From: Limnochordia bacterium
GTDB lineage: Bacteria; Bacillota; Limnochordia; DTU080
DNA length: 64,000 nucleotides
Reading direction: 5' to 3'
NCBI GenBank assembly: GCA_050951545.1
Contig: JBMNJG010000007.1
Coordinates: 256,001 to 320,000 of the forward strand
In this document: piece after piece, positions 37,118 to 47,098 of the stretch
How the letters are laid out: every line of letters begins with the position of its first letter
Position numbering within the stretch: the first letter of the stretch is position 1
Made by a program: the position numbers and the translations under genes
The notes under the pieces: model-generated
Told to the model about the DNA's origin: nothing
The model's database searches: none
The model's input: only the letters and a program-made list of their open reading frames with translations

Positions 37118-38182
37118 TTGAACTCAACTCCGACACTACAGCCGGATGTGTCGCGTTTGCTGCACGAGGGAGTTGTCATCCCTGCCCATCCCCTCGCACT
37201 GACCCCGGACAGGCGTCTTGACGAGCGTCGGCAACGTGCGCTCACTCGTTACTACATGGCGGCTGGTGCTGGTGGTGTGGCTGTGGGTGTGCACACTACG
37301 CAGTTTGAGATTAGGGATGTAGGGCTTCTCGAGCCAGTCTTGCGCTTGGCAGCGGAGACTATTGACCAGGCCGAGTTGGGCAGGCCGTTTATCAAGGTGG
37401 CGGGTATTTGTGGACCCACGGAGCAAGCGCTGCGTGAGGCAGAGCTCGCGGCGCGTCTGGGTTACGACATGGGCCTCTTGAGCATGGGCGGGTTGAAAGA
37501 CTGGTCGGATGATCAGCTCCTGAGCCGGGCGCAAGAGGTGGGCAAGATTCTGCCACTGTTTGGTTTCTATCTGCAGCCTTCTGTTGGGGGTCGGCTGCTT
37601 AGCTTTGACTTCTGGCGGCGTTTTGCTGATCTTCCCAGTGTCATGGCGATCAAGATGGCTCCCTTCAATCGCTATCAGACACTGGATGTGGTAAGGGCTG
37701 TTTGCCTGTCGGATCGCAACGAGGAGATCGCCCTGTACACGGGTAACGACGACAACATCGTGGTGGATCTGCTCACGACCTACTCGGTCGTGCGTGATGG
37801 CAAGAGGATAGAGAAATCCATTGTGGGTGGCTTGCTGGGACACTGGGCAGTATGGACAAACAAGGCCGTGGAGTTGCTTGCCCGTATCAAGCAACAGAGT
37901 GAGGGAGGCATCACAGATGCCTCAGAGTTGTTGAGCTTAGCGGTTGAGGTAACAGACACCAACGCTGCGTTCTTCGATCCAGCCAATGACTTTGCCGGAT
38001 GTATCGCGGGCATTCACGAGGTGCTGCGACGCCAAGGCTTGCTGCAAGGTCGCTGGTGCCTCAACCCTGCCGAGACTCTTTCGGCTGGACAGATGGATGA
38101 GATTGACAGGGTGTATGAGGAGTATCCGCACCTCAACGACGACGCCTTTGTGGCCGAGCACTTGCAGGAGTGGCTGGGCTGA
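37118..38182 (+). CDS. Dihydrodipicolinate synthase/N-acetylneuraminate lyase-like family protein
   Basis: IPAHPLAL, GVHTTQF, FYLQ, AIKMAPF, YTGNDD. Confidence 0.8.
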   Translation: MNSTPTLQPDVSRLLHEGVVIPAHPLALTPDRRLDERRQRALTRYYMAAGAGGVAVGVHTTQFEIRDVGLLEPVLRLAAETIDQAELGRPFIKVAGICGPTEQALREAELAARLGYDMGLLSMGGLKDWSDDQLLSRAQEVGKILPLFGFYLQPSVGGRLLSFDFWRRFADLPSVMAIKMAPFNRYQTLDVVRAVCLSDRNEEIALYTGNDDNIVVDLLTTYSVVRDGKRIEKSIVGGLLGHWAVWTNKAVELLARIKQQSEGGITDASELLSLAVEVTDTNAAFFDPANDFAGCIAGIHEVLRRQGLLQGRWCLNPAETLSAGQMDEIDRVYEEYPHLNDDAFVAEHLQEWLG

Positions 38183-38304
38183 GGCCCAGAATCGGTTGCT
38201 TTACGACTCCTGGTGAGTTCGCGTGTCGGCGGCTAGCGACGCGCGGTAGTCGAGGCGGCTGCGGCGGTCTGATCTGTTACGAGCAGACCGCCTCCGCGAT
38301 TGCT

Positions 38305-38502
38305 TCACGAACGCTCTCTGGAGAAGAACGCCACGGCGAGAGCAAAGATGATGACCGGAACGAGCGCGGCTCCGAGCGCTACGGCGATGAAGATGACGCC
38401 AGAGTGCAGCTTCATTGCTTCCAGCCACGTAAGCATGCGCGACTGAACCGTAACACTTAGGGCTACCACAAAAATGAAGATCAGTAAGACGATACCTTCC
38501 AT
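38305..38502 (-). CDS. Small two-helix membrane protein
   Basis: MEGIVLLIFIFVVALSV...VIFIAVALGAALVPVIIFALAVAFF; AAGGTGG upstream. Confidence 0.55.
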   Translation of the reverse strand: MEGIVLLIFIFVVALSVTVQSRMLTWLEAMKLHSGVIFIAVALGAALVPVIIFALAVAFFSRERS

Positions 38503-38663
38503 TAGATTGCCGCCCACCTTTCCAGAATCCTGATCAACAGCTCCTGTTTGCATATGAGCATTCGGCTCTCAGGCTTGGGTTACTGTTACTATTCTACTTG
38601 AGCTGTGCATATCCCCTTTTTCGAGATGGAATACTGCCGCGATGGAGTGGGAGGCTTCGCCAA

Positions 38664-39971
38664 TCATCTCCACCCACTGGACTGCAAGTCGGCCCATAAT
38701 TCATCTAAGGCGAGTTGGTACGCCCCGTTTATCTGGTACATCACCGAACGAGGGTCGAGCTGTCCGGTTAGGCCCTTCAAGATAAGATCTCGGTTGCGGT
38801 TCCAGATAGTTGGATAGGTTTCGATTACGAAGCCGTACTTGATGGCGTCATACCAGCCAGCCAGATGCGGGGCAGCCTTACTAATTCTGCTACCTACGTC
38901 GCTGCGACTGGGCAGTGTGCCCGTCGCTACGTGGTACAACACCGCTATTTCAGGACTCATCAGCCACTCGATGAACTCCCATGCAAGGCGGGAATCACGT
39001 GTGGAGTTTGGGATCCCGATGACCTTGTAGCTGAGCCATGCGGCTGGGGCTGCGCTTCTTGAGCGGCGAGGTGCGAAGAAGCCCAGCTCGGTTTGCCATC
39101 GAGGGTTGCGCTCCTTTGTCGACACAGCCAAGTTCGGGCCGCCATAGGCCATAGCAGTCATGCCATCTGCAAAACGCGAGGGATTACCTCGACTCGGCTG
39201 GCCCGCGAGTAGCTCTGAGGGGGGGTAAGCGGCTTGGTAGAGACGTGATAGATAGCTGAAGGTGTCTATCGCTTGCTGCGTGTCAAGTCGGGCCCTACGG
39301 AAGTCACTCGTGACTCCAGTCTCGTTATTCAGCTTGAGGAAGTTGACGAACAGGTCCATGCTGGTCCAGCTGGCATCGAAGCCAATGCGTACGGTTCGAC
39401 CACCAAACTGCAGCGCGAGTTTGCGCGCAGCGGACTCCAACTCCTCCCAACTCGCAGGGGGAGCGGCCGGACTGAGACCTGCTTTTGCAAAGGCGTCTTT
39501 ATTGTAGGCTATGCCCGACGGACTGACCTCTATGGGTAGGCCGTACATGGTCAGCGGCTCGTAGTCAAGGCGCGGTAGCTGCGGGTAGGGGGGCTGCAGG
39601 AGGTTAGAAAACAGCATCCTCTGATCTCGCCACCCTGAGACGTACCTGGTCAGTTGGACTAGCTGGTTGGTTCTGCCCAGTTCAACCATGTTCCCCAGTG
39701 AATCGATCAGTACATCAGGTCCCTGGCCGCTAAGAAGTCGTTCTCTGGTTTCGGTGTCCATACGCACGTTTTCGATTACGACGGAAATGCGCCTCTCTTT
39801 CTGGGCACGGGGTATCAGCTGCTCAGTGAGATACTTGGTCACTTCCGAACGATGCCCAGTGGTCCACACCACCACCGAAGCAGACATGGCAGAGATCGAA
39901 GACAGCAACACAAGCAGAGTTGAGATCCATACGAACGAAGAGCATGACCTTGGGCGATGCATAGGTCGCAT
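38664..39971 (-). CDS. Sugar ABC transporter solute-binding protein
   Basis: Signal peptide; GPDV, MYGLP, YNKDAF, PASWEEL, AWEFIEWL. Confidence 0.88.
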   Translation of the reverse strand: MRPMHRPRSCSSFVWISTLLVLLSSISAMSASVVVWTTGHRSEVTKYLTEQLIPRAQKERRISVVIENVRMDTETRERLLSGQGPDVLIDSLGNMVELGRTNQLVQLTRYVSGWRDQRMLFSNLLQPPYPQLPRLDYEPLTMYGLPIEVSPSGIAYNKDAFAKAGLSPAAPPASWEELESAARKLALQFGGRTVRIGFDASWTSMDLFVNFLKLNNETGVTSDFRRARLDTQQAIDTFSYLSRLYQAAYPPSELLAGQPSRGNPSRFADGMTAMAYGGPNLAVSTKERNPRWQTELGFFAPRRSRSAAPAAWLSYKVIGIPNSTRDSRLAWEFIEWLMSPEIAVLYHVATGTLPSRSDVGSRISKAAPHLAGWYDAIKYGFVIETYPTIWNRNRDLILKGLTGQLDPRSVMYQINGAYQLALDELWADLQSSGWR

Positions 39972-40482
39972 CCTCCTTTATGCGCGCACCAATGGAATAT
40001 GCACTCTGATGTGATAGTAGTCAGATGTGGTGACGCTTATCACAGCTGGCTTTCGGCGTCTCTGCCAGTAATCCTGCGCATAGCGTCGAAGACGCGAAAA
40101 ACAGAGCTAGGCCGAGTAATACCGATTACGCAGAAGAGGAACACAGCTAATTCTGCCAGTAGGTTAGTGTGGAACTAGGGAAGTCATGGGTGACCAGCCA
40201 GGAACTGACGGTGGGGTTGCCCTAGGGAGATACCGCTGGTAAGATGGACACAGCCTGCTACACGGTTTTTGGGTGGTGCCGTATGCGTGTATGGTGTAAG
40301 CAGTGGCTGGTGGGTGGAGGGGAGGGCCGTCATGTGATTATGATGGGGGCCTTGTTCAGACTAATGTAGGTGCAATGCTGGGGCTCGGGCCTGTATAGGC
40401 AAGAGCCCCGTTATGGTGTTGGACCCAACGTGTGCAGGCAGCCGGAACCATAGGTTTCGGCACGCTAAGGGGGAGTAATCTA

Positions 40483-42861
40483 GTGAGTCGTCTCGCTACT
40501 CTGACAGCAGAGCGTGAGATGGATGTGGAGTTGCCCGAGAGCGTTCGCGGGCGGTTGGCTGGCTTGCTGGCCAACGAAACGATTGTTCATGCCGTTAACT
40601 CAGACATGTGCTTGGATGGGACTTATGATTCCGAATCATGGTTGGTGGTCACCCAGGAGCGGTTGATCGTCTTGGACAAGAGCCACCCCAATGGGCTCTT
40701 GATGCTGCCGTTGGAGGACTTGTCAAGTGCTCGGGTACGACAGCTGTATGGTAATGCAGTACTGGAACTACGCCTCATAGCCGATGTGCCATCTGACCTC
40801 TTACTACAGCTTACACCCTCGCCCATAGAGGAACCGGAGAGCCCAGGAAGCGATCTTGCTTTCGAGTCGGAGCTACCGACGGGTCCTAGTGTCGACGCCT
40901 TTCGTTTCTCACGCACACTCGAAGAGACAGTTGATGAGGTGGTCGAGGAGCTCGTCAATAGACTGATCCCGGCCGCCCAAAATCGTGAGGTGACTTGGCA
41001 ACCCAAAGATAGTGACGATGGTCTGTTTGGTCGCAGGTCAAAGAAGGGCCGTTGTCGTGGTTGCGGGAGAGTGCTACCGCCTGGACAGTCGGTTTGCCCG
41101 CGCTGTCTCAACAAGAGGCAGCTGTTGGGGCGAGCTTTTCAGTATATACGACCTTACCGGTGGCTGTTTGTAGCGAACTTCACCATCACCGCGCTTCTGA
41201 CTGCTGTCGGGTTGGTGCCGCCGCTGCTCACTAAGACACTCATTGACGATGCCATAGCACCGGGCAACGTCGTGGTTTTGAGGCAAGTGATCATCTTGCT
41301 GGTGATGGTCCACGCTTTTCAGTCTGTGGGTAACGCAGTACATCGTTATCTGCTTAGCCTGCTAGGCAACAGGGTTGTTGTCGACCTTCGTACCGAAGTC
41401 TACCGGCAGGTGCAGAGGCTGACGCTAGGGTTTTACGACAAGCGCCAGACAGGTTGGATTATGTCACGGGTGACGAACGACACGAGCTATCTGCAGGGGT
41501 TTCTAGTCAACGGCATACAAGACATTGCCATTCACAGCCTGACACTTGTGGGCATCGCCATCATCATGTTTGGGGTTCACTGGCAGCTGGCTCTATTGGC
41601 TCTCTTGCCAACGCCCATCGTTGCGTTTGCCACAGCCCGTTTCTCCAAGAGGATGCACAAGATGTACCATCGTATCTGGCGCCGTGTGTCTAGCATGCAC
41701 GCTGTCTTGGGTGATACCATTCCTGGCATTCGCGTGGTCAAGGCGTTCAATCGGGAGGACGATGAAGTAGCCAAGTTCGCTGAGAGAAATGAGGAGGTCT
41801 TCACGGAGAGCATGCGGGCCGTGCGCTTCTCCAGCCTCTTCTATCCTGCCATGGGATTTACGACTGCCATTGGTGGCATAGTTGTCTGGGGCTATGGCGG
41901 GTTGCAGGTGATTCGCGGCTCAACGGACCTTACCCTAGGCGTTCTGATGGCTTTTATCAACTATGCCTGGCGTTTCTATGCCCCCATCCAGGCGTTGAGC
42001 CGTCTGAGTGAACAGGTACAAGGAGCCGCTACTGCTGCTGAACGTCTGTTTGAGATCCTGGATACACCAGCCGAGGCTGAGGATGAGCAAGGCGTTAGGC
42101 TATCAGCGATAGCAGGGCGCATCTGCTTTGAGAATGTTTCGTTCTACTACGAGAAAGGCGATCCCGTACTGCAAGACATCAATCTCGAGATTCGCCCAGG
42201 CGAGATGATCGGTCTTGTGGGGGCGTCAGGTTCGGGTAAGACGACGCTGATCAATCTGATCGCTCGCTTCTACGATGCCACCGAAGGAAGAATCACTCTT
42301 GATGGTTGCGATCTGCGTGAGATCGATCTGCCTTTCCTACGCGAGAACATTGGCATGGTTTTGCAGGAGCCGTTCCTTTTCCATGGGACCATTGCCGACA
42401 ACATCGCCTACGGTAAGCCTGATGCTGCCTTCCCTGAGATCGTACAGGCAGCGATGATGGCCAACGCGCATGGTTTCATCATGGAACTGCCTGACGGCTA
42501 CGATACGCGCATTGGTGAACGGGGTGTGGGGTTGTCGGGCGGACAAAAGCAGCGAGTCAGTATAGCACGGGCGATCCTGAAGAACCCACGCATCCTGATT
42601 CTCGATGAAGCGACATCCGCTGTGGATACGGAGACGGAGAAACTCATTCAGCAAGCGATCGAGAGGTTGGTTACTGGGCGGACGACTATTGCTATCGCCC
42701 ACCGTTTGTCTACGCTTCAGAATGCCGATCGTCTAGTGGTGCTACAAGAGGGAAGGATCGCCGAGATGGGTACCCACGCGGAGCTGTTGGCCAAGGAGGA
42801 CGGTGTTTTTGCTCGTTTGGTAAGACTGCAATCAGAGGTAGCAACCGCTCGGGCTGTCTGA
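40483..42861 (+). CDS. ABC exporter (fused permease-ATPase) with N-terminal extension and zinc ribbon
   Basis: GASGSGKT, LSGGQKQR, ILDEAT, AHRL; CRGC..CPRC before the membrane domain. Confidence 0.92.
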   Translation: MSRLATLTAEREMDVELPESVRGRLAGLLANETIVHAVNSDMCLDGTYDSESWLVVTQERLIVLDKSHPNGLLMLPLEDLSSARVRQLYGNAVLELRLIADVPSDLLLQLTPSPIEEPESPGSDLAFESELPTGPSVDAFRFSRTLEETVDEVVEELVNRLIPAAQNREVTWQPKDSDDGLFGRRSKKGRCRGCGRVLPPGQSVCPRCLNKRQLLGRAFQYIRPYRWLFVANFTITALLTAVGLVPPLLTKTLIDDAIAPGNVVVLRQVIILLVMVHAFQSVGNAVHRYLLSLLGNRVVVDLRTEVYRQVQRLTLGFYDKRQTGWIMSRVTNDTSYLQGFLVNGIQDIAIHSLTLVGIAIIMFGVHWQLALLALLPTPIVAFATARFSKRMHKMYHRIWRRVSSMHAVLGDTIPGIRVVKAFNREDDEVAKFAERNEEVFTESMRAVRFSSLFYPAMGFTTAIGGIVVWGYGGLQVIRGSTDLTLGVLMAFINYAWRFYAPIQALSRLSEQVQGAATAAERLFEILDTPAEAEDEQGVRLSAIAGRICFENVSFYYEKGDPVLQDINLEIRPGEMIGLVGASGSGKTTLINLIARFYDATEGRITLDGCDLREIDLPFLRENIGMVLQEPFLFHGTIADNIAYGKPDAAFPEIVQAAMMANAHGFIMELPDGYDTRIGERGVGLSGGQKQRVSIARAILKNPRILILDEATSAVDTETEKLIQQAIERLVTGRTTIAIAHRLSTLQNADRLVVLQEGRIAEMGTHAELLAKEDGVFARLVRLQSEVATARAV

Positions 42862-42929
42862 TCAAGGTGACCATCGTTGGGGAAGTGGCCCATTGATGTG
42901 GGCTACGCATTGTAAGGAGGTTTTTTTGA

Positions 42930-43454
42930 GTGTATCGTGCTGGTCAGGAGATTAAGCTGCTTGAACCGTGGCAGCTGACGCTGTTCAAAGAGCCGCATCG
43001 GACGGAGGGGCTATGTCTTGTAGTGAAGGGGGGAGATGATGGCGTTTCGCCAGCATCTTACAGTGACGTATCGGTGCATCGAATGTTCCCCCTATCGCGG
43101 CCTGAGAGCCTGATCGCGCTGTGTGACAAGTTTGGGAACGAAATCGGTGTAGTCATGGATCCTTCGCATCTTGACGAGGAGTCGCGTGAAGCTCTGTACC
43201 AGGAGCTGGATATGGCCTACTTCATACCCAAAATAACGCAGATTCATGAGATCAAAGAGGAGTATGGCGTGGTCCGCTGGAGGGTCGATACCGACAGGGG
43301 CCCTCGCCAGTTTGAGGTGCGATCTCGCCACGACATCCGCTCCATGGGACAGGGCCGCTTTATTGTACGCGACATGGATGGTAACCGCTATGACGTCCCC
43401 GACATGAACACACTGGACGCCGCAAGCCGCGGGCTGTTGGAGATGGAAGTGTAG
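42930..43454 (+). CDS. DUF1854 domain protein
   Basis: RMFPLS.P, EL...YFIPKI, WRVDTDRG, DMDGNRY; typical partner of this ABC family. Confidence 0.8.
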   Translation: MYRAGQEIKLLEPWQLTLFKEPHRTEGLCLVVKGGDDGVSPASYSDVSVHRMFPLSRPESLIALCDKFGNEIGVVMDPSHLDEESREALYQELDMAYFIPKITQIHEIKEEYGVVRWRVDTDRGPRQFEVRSRHDIRSMGQGRFIVRDMDGNRYDVPDMNTLDAASRGLLEMEV

Positions 43455-43483
43455 ACTTCGGCAGAATCTGTTACTGCTAGTGC

Positions 43484-43539
43484 GCAGGCCATAGTGATGC
43501 TACGGTCGTTGAAGACGCCGATAGCTGGCTATGGCCTGC
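43484..43539. terminator. Hairpin between convergent genes
   Basis: GCAGGCCATAG...CTATGGCCTGC. Confidence 0.5.
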
Positions 43540-43543
43540 TTCC

Positions 43544-44518
43544 TTAGTGGACGGCGAGGCAGCGATGCAAAAAGGCGATCACTCCGCTGTCCACTTCTCG
43601 CAGTGATGGCTTGATGGGCAGACGCAGTCCTAACAGCATGTGATCCGCTCCCTCCACGTAGAGGGTGTCTGAGGGCACACCCGCCGCAATTAGGCGATCA
43701 GCGAACACCTCTGTTTGTTCGACAGGTACTACCGAGTCAGATAGGCCATGAATAAGCAGGAAAGGCGGAGTGTTCGCGTCGATGTGGTTGATCGGGCTAG
43801 CTTCGCGACAGGTGCTTTCGCTATCATCCGGCAGAAGCTGATTGATAGGGTTGTCAATGGCCTCTTGACCGTGGCTGATAAGGGGAACCATATCATAGAC
43901 ACCGTAATAGGCGACCACGGCGGCTAGCCTGGTTGTTGTCTCGCACTCGACAGTTCCGAGCATGGCGGCGAGATGGCCTCCGGCTGAGTCGCCTAGTGCC
44001 GCGATTCGCTTGGGGTCTATGCCCCAGTCCTCAGCGTGTCGCTGTAACCAAGCCAGGGCTCTGTGCAGGTCCTCGAGCTGTGCTGGCCAACGGGCCTCAG
44101 CTGAGAGTCGGTAATCGACAGCCACCGCGGCCAGGCCATGTGATGCCAGCAGCCGACCATACCCGGCCACCGCTGCCTTGCTGAAGTACTTCCAGCCCCC
44201 GCCATGGATAAGCATTACCGCGGGCAGAGGGGGTTTGGCTTCGGCTGGCAGATAGATGTCCGCCCGCAGCTTGCGCTTGACATCGAAGTATTGATCTGCC
44301 AGCACCTCAACTCCATAGGGTCCGGCGCTCTCACTGCGAAAACCTAGAGCGTAAAATTCTGCGGCCAGTGACACAGCCGGCCCCTCCAAGTGCGGCGGAA
44401 TCAGGCGGCCAAATTCCAGGAGTACACGAGTCTTCAGGCGTGACTCAGCGGCTGACGCCTGAAGGCTCGCACCGCCAATTGCGGCGAGGCAGACGAAGAG
44501 GACAATCAGTACAGACAT
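43544..44518 (-). CDS. Secreted alpha/beta hydrolase (HSL/BD-FAE-like esterase)
   Basis: Signal peptide; HGGGW, GDSAGG, HGLSD, GADH. Confidence 0.9.
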   Translation of the reverse strand: MSVLIVLFVCLAAIGGASLQASAAESRLKTRVLLEFGRLIPPHLEGPAVSLAAEFYALGFRSESAGPYGVEVLADQYFDVKRKLRADIYLPAEAKPPLPAVMLIHGGGWKYFSKAAVAGYGRLLASHGLAAVAVDYRLSAEARWPAQLEDLHRALAWLQRHAEDWGIDPKRIAALGDSAGGHLAAMLGTVECETTTRLAAVVAYYGVYDMVPLISHGQEAIDNPINQLLPDDSESTCREASPINHIDANTPPFLLIHGLSDSVVPVEQTEVFADRLIAAGVPSDTLYVEGADHMLLGLRLPIKPSLREVDSGVIAFLHRCLAVH

Positions 44519-44546
44519 GTGATTTCCACCCTCTTGGCGTGCTCGG

Positions 44547-46028
44547 TTAGTCTCGTTCTGATAAGGAAACGAATCTCGCATATGCTTCACCCCAAGCGGC
44601 ATTCGGGCGGGGCTGATAGATGGCTGGTGCAAAGGAACGCTGCACGAGGAGGCGTCCTTCGTTCATAGTGCCCAGCCGACCAGCCGCCAATGCTTGCACG
44701 AGGATATTACCCAGAGCCGTAGCCTCGACTGGCCCGGCTATTACCCTGCGGCCAGTTGCATCAGCCGTAAGCTGATTGAGCAGAGCGTTTTGTGAGCCGC
44801 CACCTACGATGTGAATGACTTCGATGGTCTTACCCGTGAGGTCTTCAAGCTGATGAAGCACTTGGCGGTATTTCAAGGCCAGGCTCTCTAGGACGCAGCG
44901 CACCATAGCTCCGCGGTCGCCAGGCAGAGGCTGGCCAGTGCGGCACAGATAACCGATAATCCGCTGGGGCATATCGCCAGGGGCGAAGAAGTCGGGGTGA
45001 TCGGGATCTAGTAGGCTAACCAGTGGTGGCGCTTGCTCAGCTAGGGCTTGCAGATCGTCGTAGCCAAGGTCTACACCCTCTTGCTGCCAGGCGCGCCGAC
45101 ACTCCTGTAGCAGCCACATACCCATTATGTTCTTGAGGAAGCAGAACTTGCCGTCCACCCCACCCTCGTTGGTCATGTTGGCTGCCAGAGAGGCGGCGTT
45201 GATCACTGGTTCTGTGAGCTCCACCCCCATCAGTGACCACGTGCCAGAACTGATGTAGCACGCTTCAGGGCCTGTCAGGGGCACCGCAGCGATGGCAGAG
45301 GCGGTATCATGTACGGCAGGGAGATAGACGGGCAGCCTGCCAGCTCCGGTCTTGGATGCGATCTCAGGCAGCAAGTAGCCAACGCATGTACCCGGAGGGA
45401 CGATCTCCGGGAAAAGTCGACGGGGAATGCCGAGAGCAGCCAGCAGTTCGCTGGACCAGGTGGCCTGGATAGGGTTGTAGGCCTGGGTGGTGGTTGCGTT
45501 TGTGAACTCTGCGACGCCTTCACCAGTGAGAAAGAAGGTGAAGAGCTCACCCATCATCAACAGCTTGTCTGCCACGCCGAGCAGCGGGGAGCCCGCGCGG
45601 ACCATCGCCAGGAGTTGATAGATCGTATTGAGTTGCATGAACTGAATACCAGTGCGCTCAAATATCTGGCTTCTGGGCATCAGCTCGAGGGCCGCCTCCA
45701 TCATGCCGTTAGTGCGATCGTCACGGTAGTGAACAGGATTGGCTAGCAGTTCGCCATTGGCCCCTAGTAGGCCGAAATCCACGCCCCAGCTATCGATGCC
45801 TAAGCCGAGTATTTCACCCTCCTGCGCCGCCGCAGCGATTGTGGAAGTGATTTCGTCGTGTAGCCGCAGTGCATCCCAGTACAGAGTCGAGCCGAGTTGC
45901 ACAGGGCTATTGGGGAAGCGATGCACCTCCTTAAGGGATAGACGATCGGCAGAGAGCTGACCGATGACCCCCCGGCCGCTACTGGCACCTAAATCGATGG
46001 CGAGGAAACGTGCAACTTCATCGGACAT
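44547..46028 (-). CDS. rhaB: Rhamnulokinase (FGGY kinase)
   Basis: DLGASSGR, DSWGVDF, YRDDRT, HDTASA, SSGTWSL, TNEGG, KNIMGMW. Confidence 0.9.
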   Translation of the reverse strand: MSDEVARFLAIDLGASSGRGVIGQLSADRLSLKEVHRFPNSPVQLGSTLYWDALRLHDEITSTIAAAAQEGEILGLGIDSWGVDFGLLGANGELLANPVHYRDDRTNGMMEAALELMPRSQIFERTGIQFMQLNTIYQLLAMVRAGSPLLGVADKLLMMGELFTFFLTGEGVAEFTNATTTQAYNPIQATWSSELLAALGIPRRLFPEIVPPGTCVGYLLPEIASKTGAGRLPVYLPAVHDTASAIAAVPLTGPEACYISSGTWSLMGVELTEPVINAASLAANMTNEGGVDGKFCFLKNIMGMWLLQECRRAWQQEGVDLGYDDLQALAEQAPPLVSLLDPDHPDFFAPGDMPQRIIGYLCRTGQPLPGDRGAMVRCVLESLALKYRQVLHQLEDLTGKTIEVIHIVGGGSQNALLNQLTADATGRRVIAGPVEATALGNILVQALAAGRLGTMNEGRLLVQRSFAPAIYQPRPNAAWGEAYARFVSLSERD

Positions 46029-46236
46029 GCCGAGCCCTCCTTGGGTCGATTTGGTTTTCGCCCATTAGTTTCGCCACTGCCTCTGCGCGACCCTCGTTTT
46101 TGCCGCTAGTCGTAGATGACTCACAAGGCGGTTTGTGGGAGGGACCGCGGCTTCTATATGGAAACAGTAGCTACGGTAATGTCGTCACTTAGGGAGCTCC
46201 ACGTTCTAAGTGGCGCTCAGCCAAGGAGGTTTTGTC

Positions 46237-47010
46237 TTGCCACCACAACCGTTATCTGTACGAAAGTACGACAGTCTCAAGGTACAGATCTACAAGAACA
46301 AGGAGGAGTTAGGTCAGGCAGCAGCTGCAGAGGCGGCAGCCGCAATCGGCGCCGCGGTCCGTGCGAGACAGCAGGCCAACCTGGTTTTCTCGACAGGAGC
46401 TTCACAGTTCACCTTCGTAGCAGCCCTCAAAGAACAGGCGATCGATTGGCGGAGCGTCCAGGCCTTTCACCTGGACGAGTACGTAGACATGAAAGAGGAC
46501 CATCCGGCCAGCTTCCGCCTGTGGCTGCAGACGCGTATCAATAAGCCGTTCCAGCCCAAGGTTTTCCACTTTGTCGAGGGTGACGCCCCAGACACAGAAG
46601 CCGAGTGTGACAGATATGCTCAGCTTCTGCGGGAGAACCCACTTGATATCGGTTTCATTGGTATCGGCGAAAACGGGCATGTGGCCTTCAATGATCCACC
46701 CGTCGCCGATTTCAACGACCCCAAGTGGGTGAAAATCGTCAAGCTCGATGAAGCCTGTCGTCGTCAGCAGGTCGGCGAGGGTTGGTTCGCGACCATTGAC
46801 GACGTGCCTACACATGCCATCACGCTAACCGTACCAGCGATCATGGCATGTAAGCGGATCATCTCGGTAGTACCCGATGCGCGCAAAGCAGAAGCTGTGA
46901 AAAGCGCGCTCTTAGGGCCGATCGCTACGTCGTGCCCTTCTTCGATTCTGCGCACGCATCCGCAGGCTACGCTATTTCTGGATGCGGATTCTGCATCACT
47001 GCTGAGCTAG
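46237..47010 (+). CDS. Glucosamine-6-phosphate deaminase-like protein
   Basis: STGASQ, FHLDEY, GIGENGHVAFNDPP, CPSSILR. Confidence 0.85.
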   Translation: MPPQPLSVRKYDSLKVQIYKNKEELGQAAAAEAAAAIGAAVRARQQANLVFSTGASQFTFVAALKEQAIDWRSVQAFHLDEYVDMKEDHPASFRLWLQTRINKPFQPKVFHFVEGDAPDTEAECDRYAQLLRENPLDIGFIGIGENGHVAFNDPPVADFNDPKWVKIVKLDEACRRQQVGEGWFATIDDVPTHAITLTVPAIMACKRIISVVPDARKAEAVKSALLGPIATSCPSSILRTHPQATLFLDADSASLLS

Positions 47011-47098
47011 AGAGTCTGGTCGCCATGCGGCATGACAATGAGGGGCGCCCATGTCGACAGTATAAACGTTTAGGGAGTATCTACGGAGGTGTTGGGTA

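Noticed and set aside
39972-40482. Riboswitch or ncRNA in a 500-bp intergenic gap
   Set aside because: No aptamer, T-box or tRNA signature recognisable by eye; it would need an Infernal/Rfam scan.
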